Assembly: GCA_040954595.2 (NCBI GenBank)
Contig: JBECUI020000046.1
Coordinates: 19,389-83,388 of the forward strand
DNA length: 64,000 bases
Direction of reading: 5' to 3'
Origin: Balanoglossus misakiensis
Taxonomy: Eukaryota; Animalia; Hemichordata
A program made the position numbers and the translations under genes. The notes under the pieces are model-generated. The model made no database searches, was not told the DNA's origin, and was given only the letters and a program-made list of their open reading frames with translations. Positions within the stretch are counted from its first letter, which is position 1, and each line of letters opens with the position of its first letter. Positions 1-9,964 of the stretch are shown here, piece after piece.

Positions 1-396
1 TGCAAAAAAGCATGCAAAAAAATCATGCTACCTCATAACCTCTATATTATTGGAACAATGAACACGGCAGATCGCTCCATAGGGCACATTGACTATGCCA
101 TCAGGAGACGTTTTAGTTTTATAGAGAAGCAACCCGATAAAACTGTAATTACAAACACAAAAGCAAAAAATCTATTCGACAAGGTAGATAAGCTTTTTGG
201 CGAGCATCTATCTCCCGACTTCAGAAAAGAGGACGTGCAGATCGGTCATAGTTATTTTCTAGTAGAGCATGACGAAGAGTTATCTATCCGTTTCAAATAT
301 GAAATAAAACCGATACTCGTCGAATACCTCAAAGATGGAGTGTTCACGGATAGTGCGAAAGGTGCGATAGAAGAGATAGAAAAAACAGTATCATGA
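1..396 (+). CDS. mcrB: McrB-family AAA+ GTPase, C-terminal part (5' truncated by window edge)
   Basis: NLYIIGTMNTADRSI (McrB NxxD signature), AIRRRF, IGHSYF; frame open to position 1; ATGA overlap with McrC. Confidence 0.9.
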   Translation, partial: CKKACKKIMLPHNLYIIGTMNTADRSIGHIDYAIRRRFSFIEKQPDKTVITNTKAKNLFDKVDKLFGEHLSPDFRKEDVQIGHSYFLVEHDEELSIRFKYEIKPILVEYLKDGVFTDSAKGAIEEIEKTVS

Positions 397-1718
397 CAGA
401 GTTTATTAGCGACCAGCCAATAAAAGAACATGACTGCCTGGTCGTACCCGATGAGCATAAGAATAAAGTTCTTCAGCCGATTACGTTCCCCTTACATAAC
501 AAGAATAATACAGAGGATACAAACGAGGCAGAGAATCAGAACAAGGAATTTTGCGTAAACTGTGTCGGTAATACAATTAAAACAAGTTATTATATCGGCA
601 TCGATTGGGTAGACGAAGACAACAAAATTGCCATTCAAGTAGTTCCGAAACTCAACGAGCAGGGTAGAGAGATCAACTACATACAGATGTTTCAAAGGAG
701 TATCCCATTCTTACTCCCTCCGTTTTCCATAGAGGATCTGTATCAGATAAAGTTTGATAAGCCTCCCATAACCATAGAGAAACAGCAGGATCGTCTCACG
801 CCTTTGCTGATTGCCCATTTTTTAGGAATAGTCAAAACCATTGTGCATAAGGGCATAAAAAAATCGTATTACCGGATAACAAAAAACCTGAACAGTCGCA
901 TCAAGGGAAAAATACTCGTATCTACAACTCTCAAGAAAAACATTTTGCAAGGCAAACAGGAAAAAACTCATTGCCGGTACGATGAGTTCGGCATAAACTG
1001 CATAGAGAATAGGGTACTGAAAAAGACCCTGCTCTTTGCCCAGCGTTATGTAGCCCAGTTTGACAAACAGAAGCAGCTTGCCCCAACCCTTTCCTTCTGC
1101 CTATCTGCCTTTGCATTAGTCGATGAGAACGTGGAACTCTGGCAGATTAAACAGTTCAAGCATAATTCCTTTTACCGGGAATACAACGAAGCCATACGAT
1201 TAGCCAAACTCATCTTGAAACGATTGAGCTATAACATAACTTCTGCGACACAAGAAGAAATACCCACACCACCGTTTTGGATTAATATGGCAAAAATATT
1301 TGAAGTATACGTGTTGGGTTTGTTGCTTCAGAAGTATGGGAGCAAAATTACATACCAAGCTCATGGGAGCTACGGCAATCCTGATTTTCTTCATATAGGC
1401 AAACAGTTAATTATAGATGCAAAATATAAACCCAAATATCAAGATAGTAATCAAAACAAAAGCTATGACATTGCTGATATACGACAATTAAGCGGCTATG
1501 CCCGTGATAGAGGACTGTTAAAGAAATTCGGCATTCCCTGTGATGATATCGAAAACACTGTCCTATCCTGTCTTCTTATCTATCCCGATCAAAAAACAAA
1601 GGCAGAGATTTCCGTAGACCTATCGGAAGAAGATGAAGTTCGTGGGTTTATCAAGTTTTATAAAAAGCGAGTAGCTCTGCCCGAAGTGGGGAAGGAGAGC
1701 ACGGCCTATAAACAGTAG
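393..1718 (+). CDS. mcrC: McrC-family 5-methylcytosine restriction endonuclease subunit
   Basis: C-terminal PD-(D/E)xK motif PDFL..IIDAKYK, DIRQLSGY, FWINMAKIFEVYV; coupled to mcrB. Confidence 0.88.
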   Translation: MTEFISDQPIKEHDCLVVPDEHKNKVLQPITFPLHNKNNTEDTNEAENQNKEFCVNCVGNTIKTSYYIGIDWVDEDNKIAIQVVPKLNEQGREINYIQMFQRSIPFLLPPFSIEDLYQIKFDKPPITIEKQQDRLTPLLIAHFLGIVKTIVHKGIKKSYYRITKNLNSRIKGKILVSTTLKKNILQGKQEKTHCRYDEFGINCIENRVLKKTLLFAQRYVAQFDKQKQLAPTLSFCLSAFALVDENVELWQIKQFKHNSFYREYNEAIRLAKLILKRLSYNITSATQEEIPTPPFWINMAKIFEVYVLGLLLQKYGSKITYQAHGSYGNPDFLHIGKQLIIDAKYKPKYQDSNQNKSYDIADIRQLSGYARDRGLLKKFGIPCDDIENTVLSCLLIYPDQKTKAEISVDLSEEDEVRGFIKFYKKRVALPEVGKESTAYKQ

Positions 1719-1835
1719 TCCGACTCCCATTAATATTCCTAAAAAAATTACGAAGTATAAATTCTCTATAAAAATAAAAATTACACCCTGCACTCACGCC
1801 ATTATGAAATATTTTTTGCATTTTTTATTTATGTA

Positions 1836-1864
1836 TTGACAAAAAATTTTTAAACGTATACTAT
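1836..1864 (+). promoter_or_regulatory. sigma70-type promoter of the sugar operon
   Basis: TTGACA-N17-TACTAT, then AGGAGG RBS before ATG 1905. Confidence 0.6.
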
Positions 1865-1904
1865 TCAAGCGTTGAAAAATTTTATTTAACTAGGAGGTAT
1901 AAAG

Positions 1905-3119
1905 ATGAAAAAAGCTATATTTTTCTTTTTGATTGTACTCAGTATGTCTATATTTGCTGCGGGTACGCAGGAGTCTTCAGTTGTTACATTGAAGATTATC
2001 ATTCCTTGGGTAAATGAGGAGCTGGAAGGATTTTTACCGGTTTTGAGGCAGTTTGAAGCTGAAAATCCCAACATCAAGGTAGAATATCAGACAGCAAAAC
2101 CGGAAGATATTTCAACAATATTATCGGTTCAGTTTGATAGTCAGCAGACCCCTGCCGATGTCATTGATACAGCATGGGCATGGTATATTAGAGAACAGGG
2201 AGACCGAGGACATGTCTTACCGCTCACTGATGTGTTTAATGAAAGCGATTTCGTTAAGGGTTCATTTGATGAGGTAAGAGTCGGACAAGATATTTACGGT
2301 GTTCCCAGTGTAGGTGGTATTACGGTGCCTGAGTATCGCAAGAGCTACTTTGCCGAGAAGGGAATTACCAATCTTAGTTCATACGCTTCTGTACAAAGTT
2401 TATTTGATGATATCCGCGCGAAAACAGGTAATCAAGTGGTTATCGGAAGTGGCGGAGGAGTCGGATGGACCTTCACGAGCATAATAGAAACATGGATCGT
2501 AACCTTTGGTGGACGAGATATGCATACTGCCTTGCGTACCGGAACCTTGGCGTGGACTGATCCCTCAGTGCGTCGTATCTTTGCCGAGAATCTATTGCCC
2601 CTCATTGCAAACGGTTATTTTGGAGAACCTGATGAATATGAGGCACAGTTGAAAGCAATGTGGAGCGGAAAGACCGCAGTATTTATTGGAGACAGCACCG
2701 ATTCTCAGATTGTAGAACCGGCAACGGATAGAGGAGTATTATTGTTTCCCAAGCAGGATACGGTAATGCTGTGGAACGACTACTGGTTTGTTCCCAAGTA
2801 TACCAAGTATCCCGAAGAAGCCAAGAAGCTCGCCCATTTCCTAGCAACAAAAGGACAGGAGATACAAGTATCTAATGGTGGACGGATCGGAACTTATATC
2901 AAGATAGATCCGGCAATGTATCCGGATAGTGAAAAGGATATCTTTGAATTATTAAATAGGATCAATGTTGTTCCTGATTTGGACGATTCCATAGGTGGAA
3001 AATTTCAAGTTATGATATGGGACCAGCTTGCGTTGCTATGGGCACAGCCAAATGCACGAACACTGGATAGTGTATTGGAACAGCTTGAGCGCGCATCGAA
3101 GGAAACGTTGAATAACTAG
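1905..3119 (+). CDS. carbohydrate ABC transporter substrate-binding protein
   Basis: signal peptide ending FAAGTQES, FEAENPNIKVEY, KYPEEAKKLAHFLA; followed by two permeases. Confidence 0.88.
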   Translation: MKKAIFFFLIVLSMSIFAAGTQESSVVTLKIIIPWVNEELEGFLPVLRQFEAENPNIKVEYQTAKPEDISTILSVQFDSQQTPADVIDTAWAWYIREQGDRGHVLPLTDVFNESDFVKGSFDEVRVGQDIYGVPSVGGITVPEYRKSYFAEKGITNLSSYASVQSLFDDIRAKTGNQVVIGSGGGVGWTFTSIIETWIVTFGGRDMHTALRTGTLAWTDPSVRRIFAENLLPLIANGYFGEPDEYEAQLKAMWSGKTAVFIGDSTDSQIVEPATDRGVLLFPKQDTVMLWNDYWFVPKYTKYPEEAKKLAHFLATKGQEIQVSNGGRIGTYIKIDPAMYPDSEKDIFELLNRINVVPDLDDSIGGKFQVMIWDQLALLWAQPNARTLDSVLEQLERASKETLNN

Positions 3120-3137
3120 TAGTAGGTTTTAATTCAT

Positions 3138-4040
3138 TTGTTACGACATATACGAAAAGTTAAACCTATAGAATACGCCTTTGTTCTTCCGGCATTATTG
3201 CTTGTATTATTTTTTGTGCTAATACCAATATTGCAAAGTGTGGTCATTAGTTTTTATGATGGAGATGGATTTTTTGTAGGAATCAAAAACTATACAGATT
3301 TGTTTTCCGATAAGAACTTTTTCAATATTTCCGGTTTTTTTTCGGAGGATGCAGTCGGGGCTTTAGGCAATAACATTATTTGGGTGGCCTTACATATGCC
3401 ATTCTCTATTTTGTTAGGGCTGATATTTGCCTTACTGTTTAGCAATAAGCAGGTGTATGGCAAAGGCGTTTTGCGTACGGTAATATTCATTGGAGTTACC
3501 GTGCCAATGGTTATAGGAGGGGTACTTGCGCGATTTTTGTTTTCGCAGGGAAGTGGCATCGTACCCAATATATTTCGCTCATTTGGTGTTGATTCGCTGT
3601 ATGTCAACTGGTTGGCGAAACCACATCTAGCATTATATGCCCTTATTACAATTTCGATATGGCTATGGGCAGGCTATTGCATGGTCATGTACATGTCTGC
3701 CCTTACTACCGTCGATAAGAACACTATCGAAGCCGCAGAGATAGATGGTGCTGGTTCGTTTAGACTACTGCTGTCCATCATTCTTCCCCATCTCAAACCT
3801 GTTACCTATGTCATTGTTGCAATGTCGTTAATATTAGAGCTCAAGATATTTGATATTGTCTATGCATCAACAGGTGGCGGTCCAGGAGGTGCAACCAATG
3901 TATTAAGTTTAGAGATGTATAGAACTGCGTTCAAGTACTTTGAAGAAGGCAAGGGAACTGCGATAGCAGTTATTATGATGTTGCTCTGCATTTTTCCTAT
4001 TGTCTTTCTCGTGAGAAAACATACGAATGACAAGACATAA
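3138..4040 (+). CDS. carbohydrate ABC transporter permease (MalF/UgpA-like)
   Basis: EAA loop EAAEIDGAG, six hydrophobic segments, GGGPGGATNV. Confidence 0.9.
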   Translation: MLRHIRKVKPIEYAFVLPALLLVLFFVLIPILQSVVISFYDGDGFFVGIKNYTDLFSDKNFFNISGFFSEDAVGALGNNIIWVALHMPFSILLGLIFALLFSNKQVYGKGVLRTVIFIGVTVPMVIGGVLARFLFSQGSGIVPNIFRSFGVDSLYVNWLAKPHLALYALITISIWLWAGYCMVMYMSALTTVDKNTIEAAEIDGAGSFRLLLSIILPHLKPVTYVIVAMSLILELKIFDIVYASTGGGPGGATNVLSLEMYRTAFKYFEEGKGTAIAVIMMLLCIFPIVFLVRKHTNDKT

Positions 4041-4884
4041 TGTTCTCCATAGGAGTAAAACTCTAAACATCGTCATACGAAACCTATTCATGTGGGCAAT
4101 CGGATTCATATGGATCATACCGATAATCGGCATATTTATAGCCTCAATACGTCCATCGGAGGAGCTTGTTGAGGGCTGGTGGCGACTTTCACCATTCACC
4201 GCCGATCTGCGCAACTATGTGAATGTTCTCTATACTTCAACCATACCGCTTATTAGACCAATTATCAATTCATTAATACTTTCATTACTGGGAACCTTTG
4301 CAGCAATGATTATAGGGAGCATTGCAGGGTACGGACTTGCCCGATATGACATCCCTTTGAAAACACAGATAGTAGTTGTTCTTATTAGTAGCATGGCAGT
4401 GCCATTTCAAATGATCGCCATTCCCGTTTTCAAGATTATGAATTCCGTATCGCTTCTCAATTCTCTTTTCAGCGTCATGATTATGCATATAGCGACTGCA
4501 TTGCCATGGATTACTTTTTTTATTATGAATTTTATGAAGACACAAAGCATAGGATTGGAAGAAGCAGCACGGATAGACGGTTGTTCACAAGGTGGGGTCT
4601 TCTTTAGAATTGTATTGCCGAATTTGTATCCCGCCCTCCTTGCAGTATTTGCCTTGCAGTTTGTATGGAGTTGGATAGATTTTTTCTTTCCACTTATTTT
4701 CCTCTATACTCCGGATAATTATACGGCAGTACAGGTCATTCCCCTTCTTCGAGGTCATTTTGTAGCGAATTGGGGTGATCTGTCGGCAGCATCCATAATC
4801 GTCATCTTTTTCCCATTCTTTGTCTTTTTCCTCCTCCAAAAATACTATATTATGGCAGCAGCTGGATGGCAGGGAGATAAGTAG
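4027..4884 (+). CDS. carbohydrate ABC transporter permease (MalG/UgpE-like)
   Basis: LEEAARIDGCS EAA loop, AGYGLAR, hydrophobic helices. Confidence 0.9.
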   Translation: MTRHNVLHRSKTLNIVIRNLFMWAIGFIWIIPIIGIFIASIRPSEELVEGWWRLSPFTADLRNYVNVLYTSTIPLIRPIINSLILSLLGTFAAMIIGSIAGYGLARYDIPLKTQIVVVLISSMAVPFQMIAIPVFKIMNSVSLLNSLFSVMIMHIATALPWITFFIMNFMKTQSIGLEEAARIDGCSQGGVFFRIVLPNLYPALLAVFALQFVWSWIDFFFPLIFLYTPDNYTAVQVIPLLRGHFVANWGDLSAASIIVIFFPFFVFFLLQKYYIMAAAGWQGDK

Positions 4885-4888
4885 GAAT

Positions 4889-5952
4889 ATGAAAAGATAT
4901 AACGTCGGATTACTTGGATTAGGAGAGGTCTCTCAACTCATGCATCTTCCCCTGTTGCAACGCAGTTCGGATAAATATGCGGTGCAAGGCGTATTCGACA
5001 TATCGAAGGACGCAATGAGCTATGTTTCGCATAAGTATCATGTCCCTGCCTCTTTCTCCAGTGCCGAAGAACTCATCTCTTCACCTGATATTGATGTTAT
5101 CTTTGTGCTTTCCCCCGACCATTATCATTTTTCTCATGGCAGTTATGCACTATCACAAAACAAGCATGTATTTATTGAAAAACCTGTTTGTTTAACAATC
5201 GCCCATGTCCAAGAGCTTATTCAACTCCATCAAGCGAATCCGACGTTATGTGCCATGGTCGGTTATATGAGACGGTTTGCTCGACCATTCATTCTGCTCA
5301 AGGAAAAGATACAAAAAGAACAGATCGAATATGTTCGTATACGGGATATTATTTGTGAAGGTCCTTTTTTTATCCAACAGAGCAATCAAGTATTTTATCC
5401 CACTGATATACCCGCAGATCTTATAGAAAAAAGCAAAATGATGCTTGCAGAACAATTAACGCAGGCATGTAACAGTTCGGATAAAACTATTCAACGAATG
5501 TATCAAGTATTGACCGGGCTGTGTTCACATAGTTTATCGCAATGCGGGAGCTATTTGGAATGCCGCAAGCAGTTCGCAGTGCACAGGTACATAAAAAAGG
5601 GGAGATGATAATTCTTGTTTTTGACTATGGGCATTTTTATGCGACATATGAATGCCTTATCCATAATGTGGTGCACTTTGATGCTTCGATAGAAGTACTA
5701 ACCGATACGAATAAGTATCTACTCTCGTATGATACACCGTATATACGTAATCTTCCCTTAGGACTGGAGGTAACGTGCTCAAATGCGACGGAGACTACAA
5801 CAACGATGCTTGGACCGTATTATACGGATCCGTTTATGACAGAACTTGAAGTATTATATGATTCTATAGATCAACAGAAGACGTCCAAGACAACACTGGA
5901 GGACTCGTATCACGATTTTTTGCTGTTCCAAAAAATACTCGCACGAGTATAG
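4889..5952 (+). pseudogene. Gfo/Idh/MocA NAD-dependent oxidoreductase, split by a 1-nt frameshift near 5539 (real or sequencing error)
   Basis: VGLLGLG, HVFIEKP, MVGYMRRF in the first frame; adding one G in TCGCAATG restores HSLSAMRELFG and a 354-aa protein. Confidence 0.8.
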
Positions 5953-5980
5953 GTATGATTATGAAAGATAGGCAGAGACC

Positions 5981-6859
5981 ATGAAATCCTCGATGCAGTA
6001 TACACTGGCAGTAGCACCATGTGCCTGGGGTGTCTGGTATGCTTCGCATACGCAACAACCGGAACCACAACAATACATCAATGACATTAGGTCTTTAGGC
6101 ATGCAGTGCACGGAACTCGGTCCTTTGGGCTATTTAGGCAGCAGTACCCAAGAGGTACAAAGTCGGCTGACAACCGGCAACTTGCAGATATGTGGGGGGA
6201 CATTTGCCTATCCCTTTGATACCTTTGATACTAATGTTGATCATTTTTATAACGAAGCATTAGAGTATGCGAAGATTTTAAAGGAATGCGGTGCGAAATA
6301 TTTTATTTGTATGGACGACTCGGGTCATTACAAGAGTCCTCAGCAACTTGCAGAAACCAAGAAAACCAAGCAAGAACTCATCCGGCGAACACTCACGCAA
6401 ATGCTATCGGTCATTAGTCATTTAGAACTGACAACACTTTTTCATCCACATGTCGGTACGTATGTCGAGACCGAACAAGAAATCGACATGTTTTTAGATG
6501 ATACGCACGGCGAGATTCCTCTTTGCTTTGATATTGGTCATCATGCCTATCATGGTGGTGATGTCTTAGGTTTTTTCACAACTTATTTTGACCACATTCA
6601 GTATATCCATGTAAAAAACATAGATATTGTACGGAAGAATATGCTGGTAAAAAAAGGATATTCGGTAGAGGAGATATTTCAATCATCAGTAATGGTCGGT
6701 TTGGAACAGGGAGATATTGATGTACGGGCTTTCCAGGATGTTTTATTGGAAAAGGGGTATACTGGGTTTGTTGTTTTAGAAGAAGATAGGTTTGGGCAGC
6801 CTCGGGAATCCATGTTGCCGGCTGCACGAAAAAATCTTTCATATTGGGAGGAGCGGTAA
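5981..6859 (+). CDS. sugar phosphate isomerase/epimerase TIM barrel (IolE inosose dehydratase-like)
   Basis: APCAWG, TELGP, FHPHVGT, CFDIGH, HVKN, GFVVLEED. Confidence 0.75.
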   Translation: MKSSMQYTLAVAPCAWGVWYASHTQQPEPQQYINDIRSLGMQCTELGPLGYLGSSTQEVQSRLTTGNLQICGGTFAYPFDTFDTNVDHFYNEALEYAKILKECGAKYFICMDDSGHYKSPQQLAETKKTKQELIRRTLTQMLSVISHLELTTLFHPHVGTYVETEQEIDMFLDDTHGEIPLCFDIGHHAYHGGDVLGFFTTYFDHIQYIHVKNIDIVRKNMLVKKGYSVEEIFQSSVMVGLEQGDIDVRAFQDVLLEKGYTGFVVLEEDRFGQPRESMLPAARKNLSYWEER

Positions 6860-7914
6860 TGTTATCAGATATACAGTCGATCATTGATATATTTGATTAC
6901 AATATTCTCCAGGTCATTTTGTTTATTATGGAGAAAAAGCACACAACCAGAAAAGAACTTATTGAAGAACTAAAACTCAGTGCAGGGACCATTTCTGCGA
7001 TATGTAATCGCTTGGTGAAGTTTGGAATAGCTCGCGAATTCAAGCAGGAATCTCAAACAAGAGGTGCCAAAGTAAAAGTTCTCTGCATGAGTAAGGACGT
7101 ATACTACATAGGCATATTGGACTTGCACAAAGAAAAAACAGGAACCTTTTATGTTGTTCATCTGGATACTAGCATTCATTCAGAGTACAATTATCCCATT
7201 CCGGTTACCCTTGATGAGTTTATAAAGAATATTCAATCATTGTTTTTTAGCATTCCCATCGATGTCAGAAAGAAAATAATTGGCATCGGGGTTCCCATAG
7301 CGGGAACCATGCACCAAAAAAGCAGGAATGTCGTTTCTGCATCGGTGCCTATCTTTGAAGAGGTCCCCTTACAGGAAAAACTACAAAACGTATTACAGGT
7401 CCCCATACTCGTAGAAAACGAGTCGGTTATTTGTGTGGCCTCCAGCTTTATAAAGAGACAGACCGCATTGGAACGAAGCATCTATATTTTCGGGAAAGAC
7501 GGACTCGGAATAGGAATAATTGTTAATCAAAAAATTATGTCGGGTGATAACGGATTAGGGTCGGATATCTGCAATATTATTTCACCCTATACGAAAGAGA
7601 AGCAGACTGTAGAACAGGTACTTACGGAGTGCTCCAAGGAATCGATACGTATAAAAGGAAAAACCTTGGGCTATGTCATTGCCACATTAGTCAATATTTT
7701 CGACATTAATGTCTTTTATATAGGTGGGTATCTTGCATCTCAACTACTCAGTTTTGAACAGTATGTAGAAGAGGTATTACAAGAACTGGTACTACATAAG
7801 GAACTTCGTAAAATCACTTTGATACCTGATGTAGACTATACGGCAACTCTCATAAGGGGTGCTATGACAATGATACTCACTCATCTTGGACAGGCCTTGA
7901 AAGGGAAAAAGTGA
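6859..7914 (+). CDS. ROK family transcriptional regulator
   Basis: N-terminal wHTH (TRKELIEELKLSAGTISAICNRL), GIGVPIAG, VENE, GLGIGII; TAATG coupling to the upstream gene. Confidence 0.8.
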   Translation: MLSDIQSIIDIFDYNILQVILFIMEKKHTTRKELIEELKLSAGTISAICNRLVKFGIAREFKQESQTRGAKVKVLCMSKDVYYIGILDLHKEKTGTFYVVHLDTSIHSEYNYPIPVTLDEFIKNIQSLFFSIPIDVRKKIIGIGVPIAGTMHQKSRNVVSASVPIFEEVPLQEKLQNVLQVPILVENESVICVASSFIKRQTALERSIYIFGKDGLGIGIIVNQKIMSGDNGLGSDICNIISPYTKEKQTVEQVLTECSKESIRIKGKTLGYVIATLVNIFDINVFYIGGYLASQLLSFEQYVEEVLQELVLHKELRKITLIPDVDYTATLIRGAMTMILTHLGQALKGKK

Positions 7915-8789
7915 TGCCAGCCCTTTCTCAAGGCAATATTGTCGCCATAGACCTAGGTGGTAGTTCAATACATTGTGCCATTATTGATATACATGGTAAT
8001 ATTAAAAAATCACAAACACATAATATATCGCACCTGAAACAGAAGGAAGAGCATATCCGGGACATTATTCAGCAGAGCGTAGACACCTTGCTCGGATTAC
8101 AGAATGGCAAGATAGTAGCGGTTGCTTTCTCCCTCCCGTGGATTATTTCTTCCAATAAGAGTTCTCCTGTTTATGCAACTAATTTTTCGGCAACTTTTTC
8201 TTTGGAGAAAATATTTGACAAGATACGAAACACATATAAATTGCCTGTATTTCAATTAAATGATGTCAATGCGGCGACATTAGGAGAACAATGGAAGGGA
8301 AGTTTATCGTCAGTTACAAACGGATTGTATATTAACATTGGAACTGGACTAAGCATGGGAATAATACTGCAAGGATCCCTTTACCAAGGTTCTTCTTCAA
8401 TGGCAGGTGAGATTGCATTTTGTTTTAGTTCGCTAGAAGAAATGAAACATGCTAAGGAACATAAAGAGCATTTAGAGTGTAGGGCTGGGGGAAAATATCT
8501 CTTGGAGAATCAAGGCAATGTGTCGTATTTGAAAATACTAAACGAAGCAGCAGAGACGATGGCTATGCATATCATTAATATGTGTTATCTCTTTGACCCG
8601 GAAAAAATTGTGTTTGGAGGTGGCGCGATTGAAAATAATCCTTCCTATTTTATTGATATAAAAAAAGTAGTAGAAGAAAAAATTCCGGCAGCATTTTGTC
8701 CTATTCTACAAAAAAGCACCCTCTATACTAAGATTGAATTGCTGGGAGCAGCAAAATATGCGATAGACGGTGTGGGAGGGGACCTATGA
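7911..8789 (+). CDS. ROK family sugar kinase
   Basis: AIDLGGS, NDVNAATLGE, IGTGLSMG, AGEIA, IVFGGG. Confidence 0.85.
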   Translation: MMPALSQGNIVAIDLGGSSIHCAIIDIHGNIKKSQTHNISHLKQKEEHIRDIIQQSVDTLLGLQNGKIVAVAFSLPWIISSNKSSPVYATNFSATFSLEKIFDKIRNTYKLPVFQLNDVNAATLGEQWKGSLSSVTNGLYINIGTGLSMGIILQGSLYQGSSSMAGEIAFCFSSLEEMKHAKEHKEHLECRAGGKYLLENQGNVSYLKILNEAAETMAMHIINMCYLFDPEKIVFGGGAIENNPSYFIDIKKVVEEKIPAAFCPILQKSTLYTKIELLGAAKYAIDGVGGDL

Positions 8790-9508
8790 AATATCATATT
8801 GAGGAAGATTATAAGGCTATGAGTGAGACCGCCGCCAATATCATGATTGAAACGGTCATGCACAAATCAGCGACATTTATTCTTGCCTCAGGCAGAACCC
8901 CGACGCTTGCGTATCAGCTATTCTGCAAAAAATACAAAGAACAAAATATTTCACCACAGAACTTAAAAATCATAGTGCTCGATGAATGGTATGGTCTTCC
9001 TTTTGCTCACCCATCTTCCTGTTACTGCTACATATATAGGCATATCATACAACCGCTTTCCATTCCTACTGAGAATTTCCTGTATTTTAATAGTAGTTGC
9101 GAAGAGCCGGAACAGGAATGTGAAAGAATACAACAAGAGATAGCCGATATGGATATCGATTTATGCGTATTGGGCATAGGACTGAACGGTCATATAGGGT
9201 TTAATGAACCAGGCTCGGAACTCCAGATCAATGTGCACCATAGCGATTTATCACAGACATCTCTTGAACATCCTATGATACAAAAAGAAACAATCTTGCT
9301 CAAAGGTGGTATGACTATTGGACTGAGTGGAATATTCTCAGCAAAAAAGATACTTCTATTAGCAACAGGCGTCCATAAAAGGAGTGTTGTCGACTCACTT
9401 GTTCGTGCTGATACTGTATCACCTGCCAATCCGGTATCTTACCTCTTGTTGCACCCCAATGGGAATTGCATACTTGATAAAGAATCTGCTAGAAGTCAGC
9501 CACTATAA
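8786..9508 (+). CDS. nagB: glucosamine/galactosamine-6-phosphate deaminase family
   Basis: LASGRTP, LDEW, LGIGLNGHIGFNEPG, LLATGVHK. Confidence 0.8.
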   Translation: MKYHIEEDYKAMSETAANIMIETVMHKSATFILASGRTPTLAYQLFCKKYKEQNISPQNLKIIVLDEWYGLPFAHPSSCYCYIYRHIIQPLSIPTENFLYFNSSCEEPEQECERIQQEIADMDIDLCVLGIGLNGHIGFNEPGSELQINVHHSDLSQTSLEHPMIQKETILLKGGMTIGLSGIFSAKKILLLATGVHKRSVVDSLVRADTVSPANPVSYLLLHPNGNCILDKESARSQPL

Positions 9509-9549
9509 TACCAGTCAATGAAGTTTTAAGTAAAAATTACAGCTTAAAT

Positions 9550-9862
9550 TTCAATCAAAACCGCACATTTCGCAGTAGTTCTTAATACCACCCCTGATGG
9601 GTGGGGGCTGTGGATGGGGGGATCATACAAAAAAAAAATGATAAATATCCGCACCTATTTCAATCAAAAGCGCACATTTCGCAGTAGTTCTTAATACCAC
9701 CCCTGATGGGTGGGGGTTGTGGATGGGGGGATCATACAAAAAAAAATTGATAAATATCCGCACCTACTTCAATCAAAACCGCACATTTCGCAGTAGTTTG
9801 TAATACCACCCCTGAAAAAAATTGATAAATATCCGCACCCACTTCAATCAAAACCCCACATT
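9550..9862 (+). repeat. tandem intergenic repeat: units at 9550 (109 bp), 9659 (109 bp), 9768 (75 bp) and a terminal partial unit at 9843
   Basis: each unit starts TTCAATCAAAA(C/G)C(G/C)CACATTT; long units contain CCACCCCTGATGGGTGG and a G-rich tract; the short unit lacks 34 bp. Confidence 0.95.
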
Positions 9863-9875
9863 TTGCTTTAGGGGC

Positions 9876-9904
9876 TTGTCGTTTGCATATTTTGATACTA
9901 TAAT
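9876..9904 (+). promoter_or_regulatory. sigma70-type promoter of giant lipoprotein 1
   Basis: TTGTCG-N17-TATAAT, conserved before all three paralogues; GAGAGG RBS. Confidence 0.75.
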
Positions 9905-9964
9905 ATAGGATTGTATAAAAAATATACCTAAGTATATTACTCAATAAAAACAGAGAGGTTATAA

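Noticed and set aside
1-24. Short direct repeat TGCAAAAAA at the window start
   Set aside because: In frame within mcrB, at the edge, too short to interpret
9550-9862. CRISPR array
   Set aside because: Whole 109-bp units repeat, there are no unique spacers, and no cas genes are in the window
9850-9880. IS200/IS605-like end hairpin (CCCC...GGGGCTTG)
   Set aside because: Only a vague resemblance; the left arm is absent in copies 2 and 3 and no tnpA/tnpB/iscB is present
9550-9960. Invertible (phase-variable) promoter or shufflon
   Set aside because: Repeats are all direct, all promoters face the genes, and no site-specific recombinase is encoded nearby
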